A DNA stretch of 64,000 bases from the NCBI RefSeq assembly GCF_009914755.1, contig NC_060941.1. One strand, given 5' to 3'. The position numbers and the translations under genes are program-made. Under the pieces are notes generated by a model. That model had not been told where the DNA came from and made no database searches. It saw only the letters and a program-made list of their open reading frames with translations. This DNA is from the human T2T-CHM13v2.0 reference genome, Homo sapiens. Positions 1 to 14,889 of the stretch are shown here, in pieces (position 1 is the stretch's first letter; each line of letters starts with the position of its first letter).

Positions 1-3000
1 ATTATAATTCCATTTAAGTAAAATAACAAAAATAACACTCGTATCATAGACATTAGAGAGTTCTTACTTGGAAAGTTTCATTTCCTAATGACATCACTGA
101 AACAGCAGGTATGACAGAGGGTTCCCTGACTTTGATAGTTTTAATTATCTTAATTTATCCTCTGTTCCTCTGCCTTGGGCTTATTAAGTTTTGAATTAGG
201 TATGAAAATTATTAAGCCAGGGGTATAAATTACAATTCGTTAAATAAATTCATAATATATTTTATACGCTTAAAATGAAATTATATTCCAAACTCATAAT
301 TAAGTATGAACAATTTGCATTTGAGATTTTAAAATAAAGCCTAAACATCGGTCCCTTCCTTCTTCATTAATTTATTTCTCCGTAAAGGCCTTTCTTCCTT
401 GAGGTCTGTGAGCCTCCAGGCCTTTGCAGCCTGTAGTGGTCTGCACTTCTCTGTTTTTCTTTCCCTGAGAGTGCTGATTAGTGACTTGCGGTGTGGATTC
501 TGATTTATCGCAGACCAGAGCTGCCCCTTAGGGGCTGAGCAGAAACACTCATGAAGGAGCCCTGATTAAAAAGAGTGGTAATGAAGACAAATGTTTCAGA
601 GGGAGTTGAGAGAAAACCAGTCCTTGGCATTCCCCATAGCTCCTCTGAGCTTTTGAAAAGGAGGTAGTGGTAGCCAAAGGAAATATTTCTTCTTTGTTGT
701 TTATTTCTCATGGCACTGGAAACATTTTTCTTTTCCTCTTGGGTGTTCTAATTCTCACTTGTTAACTGCTTTTCATGCAGGGTTGCAATTAACCCCTGGC
801 AGATACCTCACCGTGTTCTCCTTATAGCCACTCTGTCCCCAAAGAAGTTTTTAATGCTTTGACCTATAACCATTTTAAAATTCTTCAGACTTGACACTTG
901 CCTAATTTCTCAGATCATTAAATCACACTTCTGGTTTTTTCCAGTGATTTTTACTAAATTTGATGTTAGGTACCTATAATTACCTTCCCTTCTTCTTATT
1001 TTTACAAGACAGAATGCCAGCAGAAAAAAACAAATTCCTGTTCACTTGGTAATTTTAAACACAACCAGGTCAAAAGTTTCAAATCTAGTGTTAAGTCCGT
1101 AACTGAAGGCACCATTCCAAAACTACTTGAGTATAGGTGAGAACTTGACAGATAATTATGGTTGCTTGACCTGGGTCTTGGGGCATCTACCAAATCTTAA
1201 TGGTAGTCTCACTGTCTGTGGCCATGTGAGCTATAATCTACTGCCCTGGTCAAACTTAACCAAAATTCTGTTTTCTTTCAGAAGATTCCCTAACATTGGA
1301 ATAAATGGTAAGAATATAGATTGTTTGTGCCGGGCTTATACAATGGGTCTCTAAACTATATTGAGTGGTCAAAATGCCACATTCAGAATACTTAGAGAGG
1401 GAGAAAGATAAAGTGCCTTGGAAGCCGTGAAACATTCTAGGGAGCAAGAGCACACCACTGTACATGCTCCTGGTTTGTGTGCTGCAGACTGTGTTAAATG
1501 CAGAGGAGGCAAGGTGGAGAGAAGGAAAGACAAGAGAAGTGGAAGATAGAGTCCACTCCCCTATCCCCGTCAATGAGAAGAAGCTCCTTACCAGGTCTGT
1601 GTGGGTCACGGGGCAAGATCAAAGAATCCAAGCAAGGTTCATAAAATGCCACCACCCCTGATTCATGACCTGACCTACTGAAAGGTTTAACTTCCAGAGG
1701 CAGGTTGTGGTTTCTGATCCAATCAAGTGGATTCTTTTTCTTGGAGAAAGTCTCACTGTACTGAAAGAATCTTGTCAGATATCCAAGGCTAAAGGAAAAT
1801 TTTAAATTTAATCCAATCAGATGAAGAAGCTGATAAAAAAGGTATAACCATTAGTGGGAGAGCAGCATTTAAAATTCTCTCTATGGCTTTTCTGGGCTTT
1901 TTACCTCTGTCTCAACCAAAACCAAAACAAAACCCCAGAACAACAACAAATGAGTTGAATGTTGCTCAGATTTGGAGTATTTGATGTTACCCCTTTCTGA
2001 TGAACGTCTGAGATTAAAGATCTGCATTAAAGATGAAATAGAACACACTAAGAAAAGGGTTGGGTAAGAACTTTCACACGTACTTTGTTTCTATTGAGGT
2101 TGGGTCCATCTTGAAGATCAGACTCTTCCCCAAATACAAAGGCAAGGTCAGGGTCTGAGTTAGGCTAACTGATGTCAAGTACAAGTTCTGTAGGAAAAAA
2201 CAAAAATTGCTGCCACTCATCTACCAAGAGACAAAGATTTAGGCTGCTGGACTAATTGCCAAGTTTGTAAGATTACTTCAGGAGCACCCTCCAGGCTAGT
2301 AGAATTCCGTGCAAATTTCAACCATTTGACATTACTTCCCTGTTAAGTAGGGAAGAAAGACTTAGTAATTTTCAGGACTGAACCAAATTCCCCCTCAAGT
2401 ATTGATACACTCTCTTCCCAGTCTGAAATACTGGCATACTGTTATTTATTTTTCCTGGCTTCAAACAGGCATATTAAGATTTCATGGATCTCTGAATCTT
2501 TCTTTGAGGATCTGGGAACACATCAGAAAAACCAGATAGAAAAGAGGGAAGAGGAAATAGGTTATTTCCTTAGCCTCCTGAAGCAAATGAATTGGAAGGG
2601 TGCTTTCTGTGACTTTCATTGGCCTGCAACTGCCTGGAATCTCAAAAAAAAAAAAAAAAAAAAAAAAAGGAAACCCAAAAAACCATCTTTGATTCCTTAC
2701 TGTGTAATCTTTTAACAAAGTATTTTGCAAACATACTTAGCATGTGATTTTCACATATGTGTTCCAAGGAGCAATGGAGCAGAGTTGGAGAGATGAAAGC
2801 ATTTGAAGACTGCAAAGTAATTTTAAATTGAGGGATGTACTAACAAAGGAGTCATATACAAAAAGGGAGGAGAGGTAGAGTTGGCCTGATGTGGAAAATA
2901 AATATTTCATATAGTCTGCTATAGTCTGGCCAGTATGAATTAAATAAAAGTCACATTCATAATGAACACTGGAGCAATTATACATCCTAAAAAGAAAGGG

Positions 3001-3039
3001 AAGAAATACCATTTCGTAATAAGAAGATGAGGATCAATA

Positions 3040-3350
3040 ATAGTAGTGAACACTTGTTGATTTTTTAAAAATCAACTGTTAGGCACTGTGCTCAGACTTT
3101 ATGAGCATTGTCTCATTTTTCATCGTTTTATAAATTAGGAAATTGAGGTCTTGTGAAAGTAACGTGCCTGGATTGACACAGTAAGCTGGTGGAATGAGGA
3201 TTCGGAACCACGCATGTCTGACTCCAGAGCCCTCGCTTTTTACACCAGCCTCTACTATCTCCCTGTGTGACTCTGGTCAGTTAATCCATTTATAAAATGA
3301 GAGTATTGGACTGAGCAATTTCTAGATCCTTTTGGTTCTAGAATTATAGG
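3040..3350. mobile_element. MIR SINE fragments
   Basis: MIR core-like 'aggaaattgaggtc...gaggattcggaaccacgcatgtctgactccagagccc' followed by 'tgtgtgactctggtcagttaatcc...aaaatgagag' in the opposite orientation. Confidence 0.65.
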
Positions 3351-4387
3351 AAAGTATTTTAAAGTCGAGAGAACTGTGTTATGGTGGGACATTTAGAGAC
3401 AAACTGAAATGGTGATTGTAATGACATTTCAAGTTAATGATAGCTAGCATTGATGGAGCCTGTACTATATAATTATGTAATTATATTTACAAACACCTCA
3501 TTTAGCCTTCAAAACAATCCTTTTTGACATCAGTTTTTTGTTCCTAAGAAAAGTTAAGTAACATCTCCAAATCACAGAACTAGAATTATTCATGAAGAGT
3601 CAGCCACATCAAAGATCCAAAACACGGGTTTTAAGATTTCAAATGGTTAATACTCTACTTTTCTCTTAGATTGTTGTTTTGTTTTTTTTTGAAATAAAAC
3701 ATTTGTACAAGTCAGTAAAAGTGATATACAGTATTTCTTCAAAACTGGAATGTTATTAGAGTTCTTGCTTGAAAATAGTTCCAAATTAAACATATGAGGT
3801 TTCCAGTAGTTTGAAGACTTTAGAATCCGACTTGAGATCAAATCGGAACTGAGACAGTGAGGTCACCTAAACTGCGACGTGTGAAGTGCCCTGTTTCATG
3901 CTTCTTATAATGACATGATAAGGCCATTAGTATTATCTTTATTATAACAGATGATTATAAATGGTACAGACTTGGTTTCTTATTATCTGGTACTTTTTGT
4001 CACTTAGCCCTAATTTTCTTAATTCAAAGACATATTCTGTTAGTACTAGGGAGCAAGTTTAAGACTGACTTTGCCACACTAATCAAATTACATCAGTGTC
4101 AAGTGCTCACTAATTAACACAAAATTTATATCTGCATTAGGTAAATGTCATTTCACCACAGTGGCCTGAAATAAGCTTTTTATTCCTTTGAATTAGCATA
4201 CCATTTCATTGTAAGTATTACAAACAAGCTAATGACAAAATTTAGGCCCATGTGCATTTGTTATTTAGCTGGAAATAGCCAGAAGACAGTCAGTACTTCC
4301 AAAGATCTGTAGGAAAATGCCCTGCTTCATTTTTTAACTGATCAGCTAGCTGACTTGTCACCTTGAGGTCCTGTGTGTACATCATAG

Positions 4388-4690
4388 AAGGGCTTAGCAG
4401 ACTACTGCCACCCCCTGTCTATATGCAGCCCACGGGCTAGAACAGTTCTCACATTTTTAAATGGGAGGAAAAACATCAAAAGAAGATTTTATGAAACCTG
4501 AAAATCACATGAAATTCACATGTCAGGCTCATAAATAAGTTTTAATGCAACAGAGTCATGTCTGTTCACTTATGTATTATCTATGGCTGCTCTCCCTATG
4601 ATGGCAGAGTTGAGCAGCTGTAACAGAGACCGTGCGGCCTAAAGATACTTACTGTCGGGCTGGTTACAGAAAATGTTTTCCAAACAGAAG
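4388..4690. mobile_element. MER58-type hAT-Charlie relic
   Basis: 'ataaataagttttaatgcaacagagtcatg...tatctatggctgc...ggcagagttgagcagctgtaacagagacc' matches recalled MER58 consensus. Confidence 0.75.
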
Positions 4691-4734
4691 CTGTATTCCA
4701 AATTCTTTCCTAATGTGGCATACAAAGCCTTTAG

Positions 4735-4885
4735 GATCTGGCTCCTGTGTGCCTCTCCTGCCGCTGCTGCTGCTGCTGCTGCTCCTGTTTCCGCTTCTGC
4801 CATGGCCACCGCCACTGCCGCCGCCTCCTCCTTCTTCCCTGCACCCCTTCGCGCCTGCCTTCCCCGCGACCGGCAGCCTGAGCTC
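4735..4885. other. Isolated GC-rich CpG-island/5'UTR-like fragment containing (GCT)7
   Basis: Abrupt GC-rich block in AT-rich flanks; (GCT)7 at 4763-4783, GCC-rich run, TTCCGCTTC, GCCATGGC. Confidence 0.7.
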
Positions 4886-5163
4886 TAACAATTCTCAACT
4901 ACTAGCACCTCTTAGACTCCAAAATGCTTTGCACCTATTTAAATGTTTTCCCGTGCTCTTCCCTCTACATAAAATCATTTCTTTCCATCCTGAGTACCCA
5001 TGGCAAGCTCCTATCTTCCAATATTTTTACTTAAGCATCCCCTCTTCTTCTCTGCACCCGGAGCATCTTGGACATAGCTTTGTTTCCACCTTGCATTCAC
5101 CCACTAGACAGTAAGCTTTTTCAAGACAGATACTGTCTCTTCTTCATCTCTATATCTGTAGAA

Positions 5164-5670
<507 letters not shown>

Positions 5671-6256
5671 CCTGGAAACCAGCAGTAACCAGACCCTGGT
5701 GGGTGCTGAGAAAATGTTGAATTATTCAGATAGTTGATTCACATTGAATTGTATACATCAAATGTAAGAATTATGAATTACATTTCAATAAAACTTTTTT
5801 AAAAAAAGTATTGGTTTACTATTAGTTATTATTAGTGGCATTATTATGAGGTGGTTTCCATTTGTTTTCCTCAGTGGCCACCAGTGCAACTGATTTTGTC
5901 ATATACTGTACTCATTGATGCCAAATATATATATCTTATTTAATGCTGACTTCAAACCTGGGAAGTTGATTTGTTTATCTCTTCTTAACTTTTTGGAAAT
6001 GCAGACACAAAAAGATTCAGCAAATTGCTTAAAATCGAGGTAACTAGCAAGCATATATCAAGGGATACATGACTCGGCTTCTGTCTAGTTTCAAAGCCTG
6101 TACTCATTCCATCTGACCATGTTGCTTCCATAAGCCACATGCCAGCCACATAATGAATTTCTTGATTAGAATACAATGCATATACCTACCAAAGATAGTA
6201 TGTGCATATAGCAAATATGAGCAATTTCTAAATAATGGGAGCATTATTTTTGTTCA

Positions 6257-6570
<314 letters not shown>

Positions 6571-6865
6571 AAATGCTAAAAACTGAATTATCAGTAGAAC
6601 AGCCCATGTACTCTGTGGACGGTGATGGGTTTTTGTTTTGTGGGAGTTGTTGTTTTGGTTGATTCGGTGTTTCCTTTGAGTCCACTGAGGAGCCACTGTT
6701 TTCTTCCATATCTTTAGATCCTGATATGGTAGGACATGCACAATCTATTTTGAATCATCATAAAGATTGAATTTTCAGCCTACAAAAACAAAAGAAAATT
6801 CTTAGGGCATCAGTTCTCATCTTTCAGATAGAACCTAGGACCTGTGAGGCTGGTAATCTTTGGAA

Positions 6866-7068
6866 TAGCACTGTATGGTAAAACTTTCTGTGATAATGGA
6901 AATGTGGCGTATCTGTGCTGTCCAATATAATAGTCACATGTGGCTGCTGAGTGCTGGGAATGTGGCTGTTATAACCAAGGAACTGAAATTTTAAATTTCA
7001 TTTAATTTTAATTGATTTAAATTTAAATAGTTGATGTGGCTATTGGCTATCATTTTGAATAGCACAGC
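6866..7068. mobile_element. MER3/MER33-type hAT relic
   Basis: 'aactttctgtgataatggaaatg...tgtgctgtccaata...cacatgtggct...ttttaattgatttaaatttaaatag'. Confidence 0.75.
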
Positions 7069-8739
7069 TTTAGAAATCTTAGCTTTGACAAAAACCACAA
7101 ACTTAAGTTTATCCCCAGCAAACATCTTAGGTGCCAGAGACGGCAGATTTGGATTGAATAAATTATCCATGTTGAGTATCTACGTGGGAACTCCTAGTTA
7201 TACAGTGCAGATTCAGAGATTACTGTTGTACCTTGGCTATGTGACTTACACACAGACCAAATTACTCTGCTGGGGGTAAATTCATACTCCAGTGTTACTT
7301 CAACATTTCTGAACATCTTTTTGTAAGCAATTTTGCATTTTTTACTGACTTGATTGTTGTAGTAATTACAAAATAAATTATCCATTTAGGGGGCAGTGTT
7401 GAAGCATTGAGGAATAAAAGGATAAATGTGGTATATTTGATTGTTTTCAGTGTTTAAGAACTCTTATTGGAATAAGAGACTTACTTTATTGAAGTCTTAT
7501 AATTTTTTACTAGAACATTTGTTTTTTGGCTCTTGATCCAAATGACAGCTGAATTTAGGAATTCAGCAGAAAAGTAACAATTCTTTTTGGGCATTTTTCT
7601 GATTATTTACTTGGAAATTCAGAGGATTCCATGTCTTGGAATATTTTTTTTCATACCCATAAGATTTGAATGGTGAAGATAAGAAAATTATAATAAGTTG
7701 ATAGGTTTTCATCAGCAGTACATTCTTAAAAAGAAGAAAAATATTTTATTTCAAATGCTATCCTGAATTAGCTGTAATCTTCAAGTTATTTTTAAACCCA
7801 CTTTATGCTTTTGCTTACATTTGTTTATTAAATCTATTAGATCTAGAAAAAATTAGAGACAGAGATGAATTTTTTATTCTTGGATTTTCAAGAATTGTTA
7901 TCTTTTTATTTATACCTATTTTCCCCCTGTACTTGTATTGCTAGTGATAGAAGTTCTGAATTACGGATACATTCTTAGGCTTAAAGAGTACACATTTTTT
8001 CCCTTAGAGTTATAGATGATCTAATCTAAAAAGTTGGAGGACTTAAAAAGAAAGTGTGAAGATTTTTTTTTCTTCATTTCCTGATTTGCTTCTTTAAGGA
8101 AGTGCGAGAAGGTTAAAGATGTCTGTGATCTGGCCAAACGAGGTTCACAAATGCTGTTTTCATATTTGTGGTTTTGGTGTTTCCTCTTACACATGTGTCT
8201 TCCTTCTTCAGTTTCTCAGTCTGTCGAGAGAGCATGGCTGCACCCTGTGCATTCTGGGCACACATCATCTGGGCTCAGTGCGGGCTTTGTTTATAGCAGA
8301 AGCCATAATGTATAATGTTCAGGAGTGGGTGAGCTACCTAAGAAACTCCCTTTGAAGGATTCCTTGTGTGGACTGCTTATCAGAAAAAGTGTAAATGCTA
8401 TTATTGACTGTTTCCTAGAACTCATACATGCAGTATAGTTCAGTGCGATTAAAAGTCATCATGCTACATGATGTAGGGAATATAAAAAATGAAGAAGGCA
8501 TGCTCCCTGGCCCCCAGAAACTTGGAATTCAGTTGATAAAAATACAACCCTAGTGACCATAGAATAAGGCAGATGGAGTTCTCTCAGAATGCAAAGAAAG
8601 GTAAAATTTGTTGTAATGGGTGATCAGAGAAAGTTTTATGGAAAAAATGCCGTTTGAGCTAGAATTTGAGGAATACGTGGAATTTTGGCAGGAGAAGATT
8701 GAGGAAAGGGATACCTACTGTCAAGACACAAAGTGATAT

Positions 8740-9030
8740 GACCGGGCACAGTGGCTCACGCCTGTAATCCCAGCACTTTGGGAGGCCGAGGTGGATAGAT
8801 CACTTGAGGTCAGGAGTTCGAGGTCACACTGGCCAATATAGTGAAACCCCATCTCTACTAAAAATACAAAAAATTAGCTGGGCGTGGTGGTGCATTCCTG
8901 TAAACCCAGCTACTCAGGAGGCTGAGGCAGGAGAATCACTGGAACCCAGAAGGCGGAGGTTGCAGTGAGTCAGGATCACACCACTGCACTCCAGCCTGGG
9001 TGACAGAGCAAGACTCCATCTCAAAAAAAA
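8740..9030 (+). mobile_element. AluS (in L2-like flanks)
   Basis: Full Alu dimer with A tail. Confidence 0.93.
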
Positions 9031-10045
9031 GGAACAGAGTCACCAAGACATACACATACTGGACCAATTTGGGAAAGTACGGAAGTTTGCTTTGAATATA
9101 TAGCAAAGGATATGTGAGGGATAGCTGTGGAAGATCCAACTGTCAAGGAAGGTTAGGACCAGACTCTGAAAGTAGAGTGCTGGTGGGAGATGTGGAACAG
9201 GGGACAAGAGATGGAAGGTTTTGAGTTGGGGAAAAGTATTCTGGCAGCAGGATTGAAACATTAAAGAAAAGTAACCCTGTTAAGTGGTTATCACAATCAA
9301 ACATTTACCAAGTAATCACTGCAAGTGGATTCAATTTGTAAAGTCACATAAAAGTTGCTTATCTCTCCACTTTTTTTTTTTTTCTGGAGAAACAGCACTC
9401 TGGCATTTGGCCATCTTAGTATGACCTTTATATAACTTTGGAATGCAAAAGAAAAGAGAAAACTCTCTTTGTAAAGTCAATTAAAAGCTAATTGTTTGTG
9501 ATTTTTTAAGTTAATAAATATATATTTACATAGTTTATAGTTGTTACATAAAACTTTCATGTTCTTTTCCTTATGAAATGACTCTATGACTTTGGGCACA
9601 TTACAGATTGTAATGTAGTGGATTGATGGTACATGATTTAAGGGAAATCTTGTACTAATCTGCAAGTATCCTGAAAAATGTTAAGTAAGGAAAAAGCATG
9701 CCTCCCTGTGCTCTTTGTCCATTTGAGTGTTTTTTTTTTCCCCCAAAAGTATAATAGTGAAATGGGGCAGGCATGAAGCCCGTGAGAGATCATTGCTACC
9801 ACTTCTACTTTTCATTATCATGTCTCTTTATCCTGATTCACCTGTACAGCGGGACTAGGCTGGTTCATTTCAACACAGTAATGAGTATTCATCCTCTGTT
9901 GCCCTAAGAACTTACACCTACTGGTTCATAAATGGTCATAAATGTTCAACATTTATGAATTTATGTTGAAGTACATAAATTCTTCAACAAGGGGCCTTTA
10001 CATTCATATGTAGGGCATTTGGTTGCTTAAATATTGAAACAATTA

Positions 10046-10376
<331 letters not shown>

Positions 10377-10406
10377 TTAGATTATGAGCTTATTAAAACT
10401 TAAACA

Positions 10407-10760
<354 letters not shown>

Positions 10761-10889
10761 TTATTTAAATGGAGTAGTTTTACTCTTATTTCCACTCTCA
10801 TTTTCTCCTTTTCCCCAGATATATACACCTTCTCATTTATTGGTGTTTATTACATGTAAGATTCTCTTGTTTTATTTTTTTTTAATGAG

Positions 10890-11105
10890 CTAAGTTTATT
10901 ATTAAGGTACTTGGCTATGTACTGTATATACCTTATCTCATTAATCTTGTTGACAATCTGCTAGGTAATTGTTATTATTTCCATTTTAGAGACGAGGAGA
11001 CAAAGACTTAAAAAGGTTATTTGCCCGGTTAGTAATTGGCAGAGCCAAATTTAAACCCAGATCTGTACAATTGAAGCTGATGTCTTAACTACTATAGTAC
11101 AGCGG
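10890..11105 (-). mobile_element. MIR SINE
   Basis: 'ttattatttccattttagagacgaggagacaaagactta...ggcagagccaaatttaaacccagatctg'. Confidence 0.7.
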
Positions 11106-11469
11106 CTTTCTTGATGCTAGATGATGTGGCCCCAGTTTTGGTAATGGAGGAATACTGATCCAATCCAAAGTGGATGTTTGCATGGAGGAGTCAGAGAATT
11201 TTAAGAATGAAAGGGTACATGGAAGCCATCAGCCCTCATGTAAAACAAAAGTCCTGTGTATCTGATAAATGTTCTCTGTTTAACTAGATTTGTATAGTGC
11301 CCTGGGAGTACTAGTTAGCATTAGTAACAACATTCTGGGGCAGGGGAGGGTGGGGGAACGTATCATCAGAAAAAATGGATTTGGGGATATAGAGGTGAAG
11401 GCAGGAAGAGGCAGTCATATAGAATGATGTGCTTGGAAGATCTCTGCCTTTTCATGTACTGCATCTGAC

Positions 11470-11662
11470 AAAAATGGATTTGATGACATCTGGGATTTGC
11501 TTCAAAATAATAGAGGAGGAGGGAAGTGGATTTGGATGTGGATGGGACGGGATTGGCCTGGTTTGATGGTTGTTGGGGTTGTATGATGGATGCATGGGTT
11601 TTATTATGTTTTTCTATTTTGATGTATGTTCAAAATTCTCCATAATAAAATGTTTTTAAAAG
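11470..11662 (+). mobile_element. Old L1 (L1MC-like) 3' end
   Basis: 'tctgggatttgcttcaaaataa...tatgttcaaaattctccataataaaatgtttttaaaa'. Confidence 0.65.
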
Positions 11663-12309
11663 TTATTTGAAAGTACTGTTTCCATGATTTTATAGTGGTC
11701 AGATTATGTATATGTTTTCTTATCCAAAATTCCCTTGGTTTTTCTCAGAAGCTTTTTCTTCTAGCATTTGTTCCCTTTTAGAATCTCCCTCACCTCTCTT
11801 TCTGATTATTTATTAAAAGAACTCAATTTTTTCAGTGCTGAAGGAGAAGTTAACTATCAAATGCCCATATAGCTACAGTATTGGGATAATTTATCTAATT
11901 TTTCTTATGAGTAAGTTCTCTTTGACTTTATTTTTGAACTCAACTTGCTTGCATTGTTCTTGTTAGTAAAAAACATTGCTAGGATGTACTTAGTAATTGG
12001 AGTCAGCTGCACTTAAGACTGTTCAGCCAGACTGTTATTTTAGCCTTCACTAGTAGGGTTTTTAACACCAGTTTGACCTTACTTTGAAACATTCTCAAAA
12101 TACCATACTTTAATATCAATTTATATACTTTCATATTAAGGCAGGGCCGGGTCCCTGGGGAAAAAAATAATGAAATTTTTACTTCCCACAAATGTAGAAT
12201 AAAGGTAGATATTCTGATTTTGTTTTTTAAAGAAAAATAGAGGTAAAGACTTTAAAATTTTTCTCTGGTCAGGACATAATGCTTGCAAATACATTCTAAA
12301 ATATAAGTG

Positions 12310-12622
<313 letters not shown>

Positions 12623-14889
12623 TCACAGAAAGATAGGACACCTACAAATTAGGGGTGCTGGTTTCATTGGCCAGTGTGTCCTACCATTGCTTTGGGATAG
12701 AGACTGAATCCTCAGTGTGAAGCACCAAGTAGATGGTGATTATTCATGAAATCAGAAAGAATTTTTTTTCTGAAATACTAAATTCCCATAACCTATGCAA
12801 ATTACATTTTAGGCAAGTAATGCTCAAATTTTCTATAAGTGTTCTGAAAATAAGTTATAAGTTTTTGTTCATTTCATAGGAGGACAGTTGACTCCTTTCT
12901 ACTCTTTTTTTTGCCGTTGTCCCTATTTTTTGCCACTGGTAAACTCCTGCCTAGAGGAATGCCAGAGGCAGAATAAATTTTGGAGCATGGATTTTTTTTT
13001 TAAGGAGGGTTATAGTATCCTGAAGACTTCATTTCTTTCTCTGAAGACACAACTATCAGCAAATCCATATAAGGCAAGTGACTCCCTACCATCTCCTCCG
13101 AGTCTTCTACGTGTATGTCTAGATACTATGACAGATCCAGTGCCTGTGAAGACCTGGAACATTTCAGACAATCACACAGATGTTTTCTTATGCTATATAT
13201 AGGAATTAAGCAAGTGTTTCATAATGAAGTGTCCCTCCAAGCATTCTCTATCTTCTGGTAATGCAAAAGTGTTAGACATCCAGTAAGCAGCCCTTTTTAG
13301 GCCTAAAATGTTGACTACTTTATCTCTGTTACCTTTCTGAAATGTTTGGCCTAATATTTTTTATAACATCTCTGTGAAAGTTTGAAAATTTATGATTGTT
13401 GATCCTCAATAGTCAAAAAAGTAGTCATTTAACAATACAATATTTCTCTCGTGTTCTTGAGCATGTATTTAAGTTAGCTTTAGTTAACCTTTTATTTTCT
13501 GGACTTCTTCAAGTCAGCTCTCAGAATTGTTTTTACGGGTTGCTGAGGAAGCTAAAGGTCAAAGATATTTTCTTAGTCAGTTGATTTACCTCAAAGAATT
13601 ACTTCATGTAGATTAACTGAAATAATGATGCTGCTAAGATTCGCAGATTAAGATCATTATAGCATTTGAGTAGGCCCTCAGTGACAAATTGCTCTAAACC
13701 TGTTTGGCTCACCACCATAAGGTTTAAAACATAAAAATATAAAAGTGCTTAAAATTTTCTTTCTGTTTCCTTATCAGAAATATTCATTTAGACCATAACA
13801 ACTGTTAGAACAAGATAACAACTCCAGGCCAGCTGTCAAATGTTTACCATTATCAAAACTCTCCCTGGAGGGAGATGCAACTTTGGCTCGCCTCACCGGC
13901 AGTAATTTAATTTTTCCTTCATTCTGACTCGGAAATGGCAGCATTTTTCAAAGCTTCCTCCCACTGATGGCTGAAATTTTCCTTGTGAAATGATTTCCAC
14001 CAGTCTTGAATCTTTCTTGTTTCTGCCGTCTTCACCTTTGCTGATGGTTCTGCAACTCATCACCAGCTATGCAAACTGACAGTTCACATCCTGGGGCAGC
14101 AGCGGGGTCTGGCCTGCAGAAAGGAGCAGCCTGACCAAATTTACGCTCACAAGATCTCTTAATTCACAAAAGCATTTGCTCTAGTTCCTGTTCTCTGCTG
14201 CAGGGGCTACGGAGAGGGAGTGGGGGCTGGGGGAGGACCATTGGGAGAATGTTCTGAGGAGAAGAGAGGCTCTCTTCACACTCTACTGAGTACACAGACT
14301 TTGGAGATGAAAAACAGACGGAGAGAGGCATTTCCAACCATCTTGCTGATCTGTGCAGGAGTTCATTGAACTGTACAGCACAGCACCAGACCCTTGTGTC
14401 ATTTAATGTTACTTTAAAAAATTATTCTTAAATGTTCAGCACAAATATCCCTCCCCTTTTTACTTAAGCTGAAAAAGAATATAAAAATTAAAGAGAAATT
14501 GAAAATCTAAGTCTTGCAGTGAGAATGACCAGAAATCGTTTCCCTCTCTGGGGGGTTCCTGTTTAATATGAAAGTCCTCTTAACAAGCGTGGACAGAGGA
14601 AGTTTTAGGTTTGATTTGAACTTCATGTACATGACATATTTCATTTTTTTTTTCTTCCCTCACAAATTTCAACCCAGGCCACTTGTTTGCAGAGACTGCC
14701 AAACCTTCCATTGCTGCTTCCAAGATACTCCTGGAATCTGAGATTACCTTTTATCCTCTTGATGGACCATGTTGTTATTTTTGTCATTTTCCCTGCAGCT
14801 CTTCTGCTTTGCTGGGGAGGACTCATCCCCCTATGCATCATCTACCCCCCGATAGCTGACACAGTACTGTTCACAAGGTTACTTACTGG

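Noticed and set aside
1997-2041. CTGATGA...GAAA hammerhead-like core (also CTGATGA near 15449 and 56210)
   Set aside because: Stem II does not pair; no hammerhead or HDV-like ribozyme could be built by eye
10800-10860. Possible 38-nt micro-exon (ccccag|...|gtaaga)
   Set aside because: Motifs this short occur by chance; no supporting evidence
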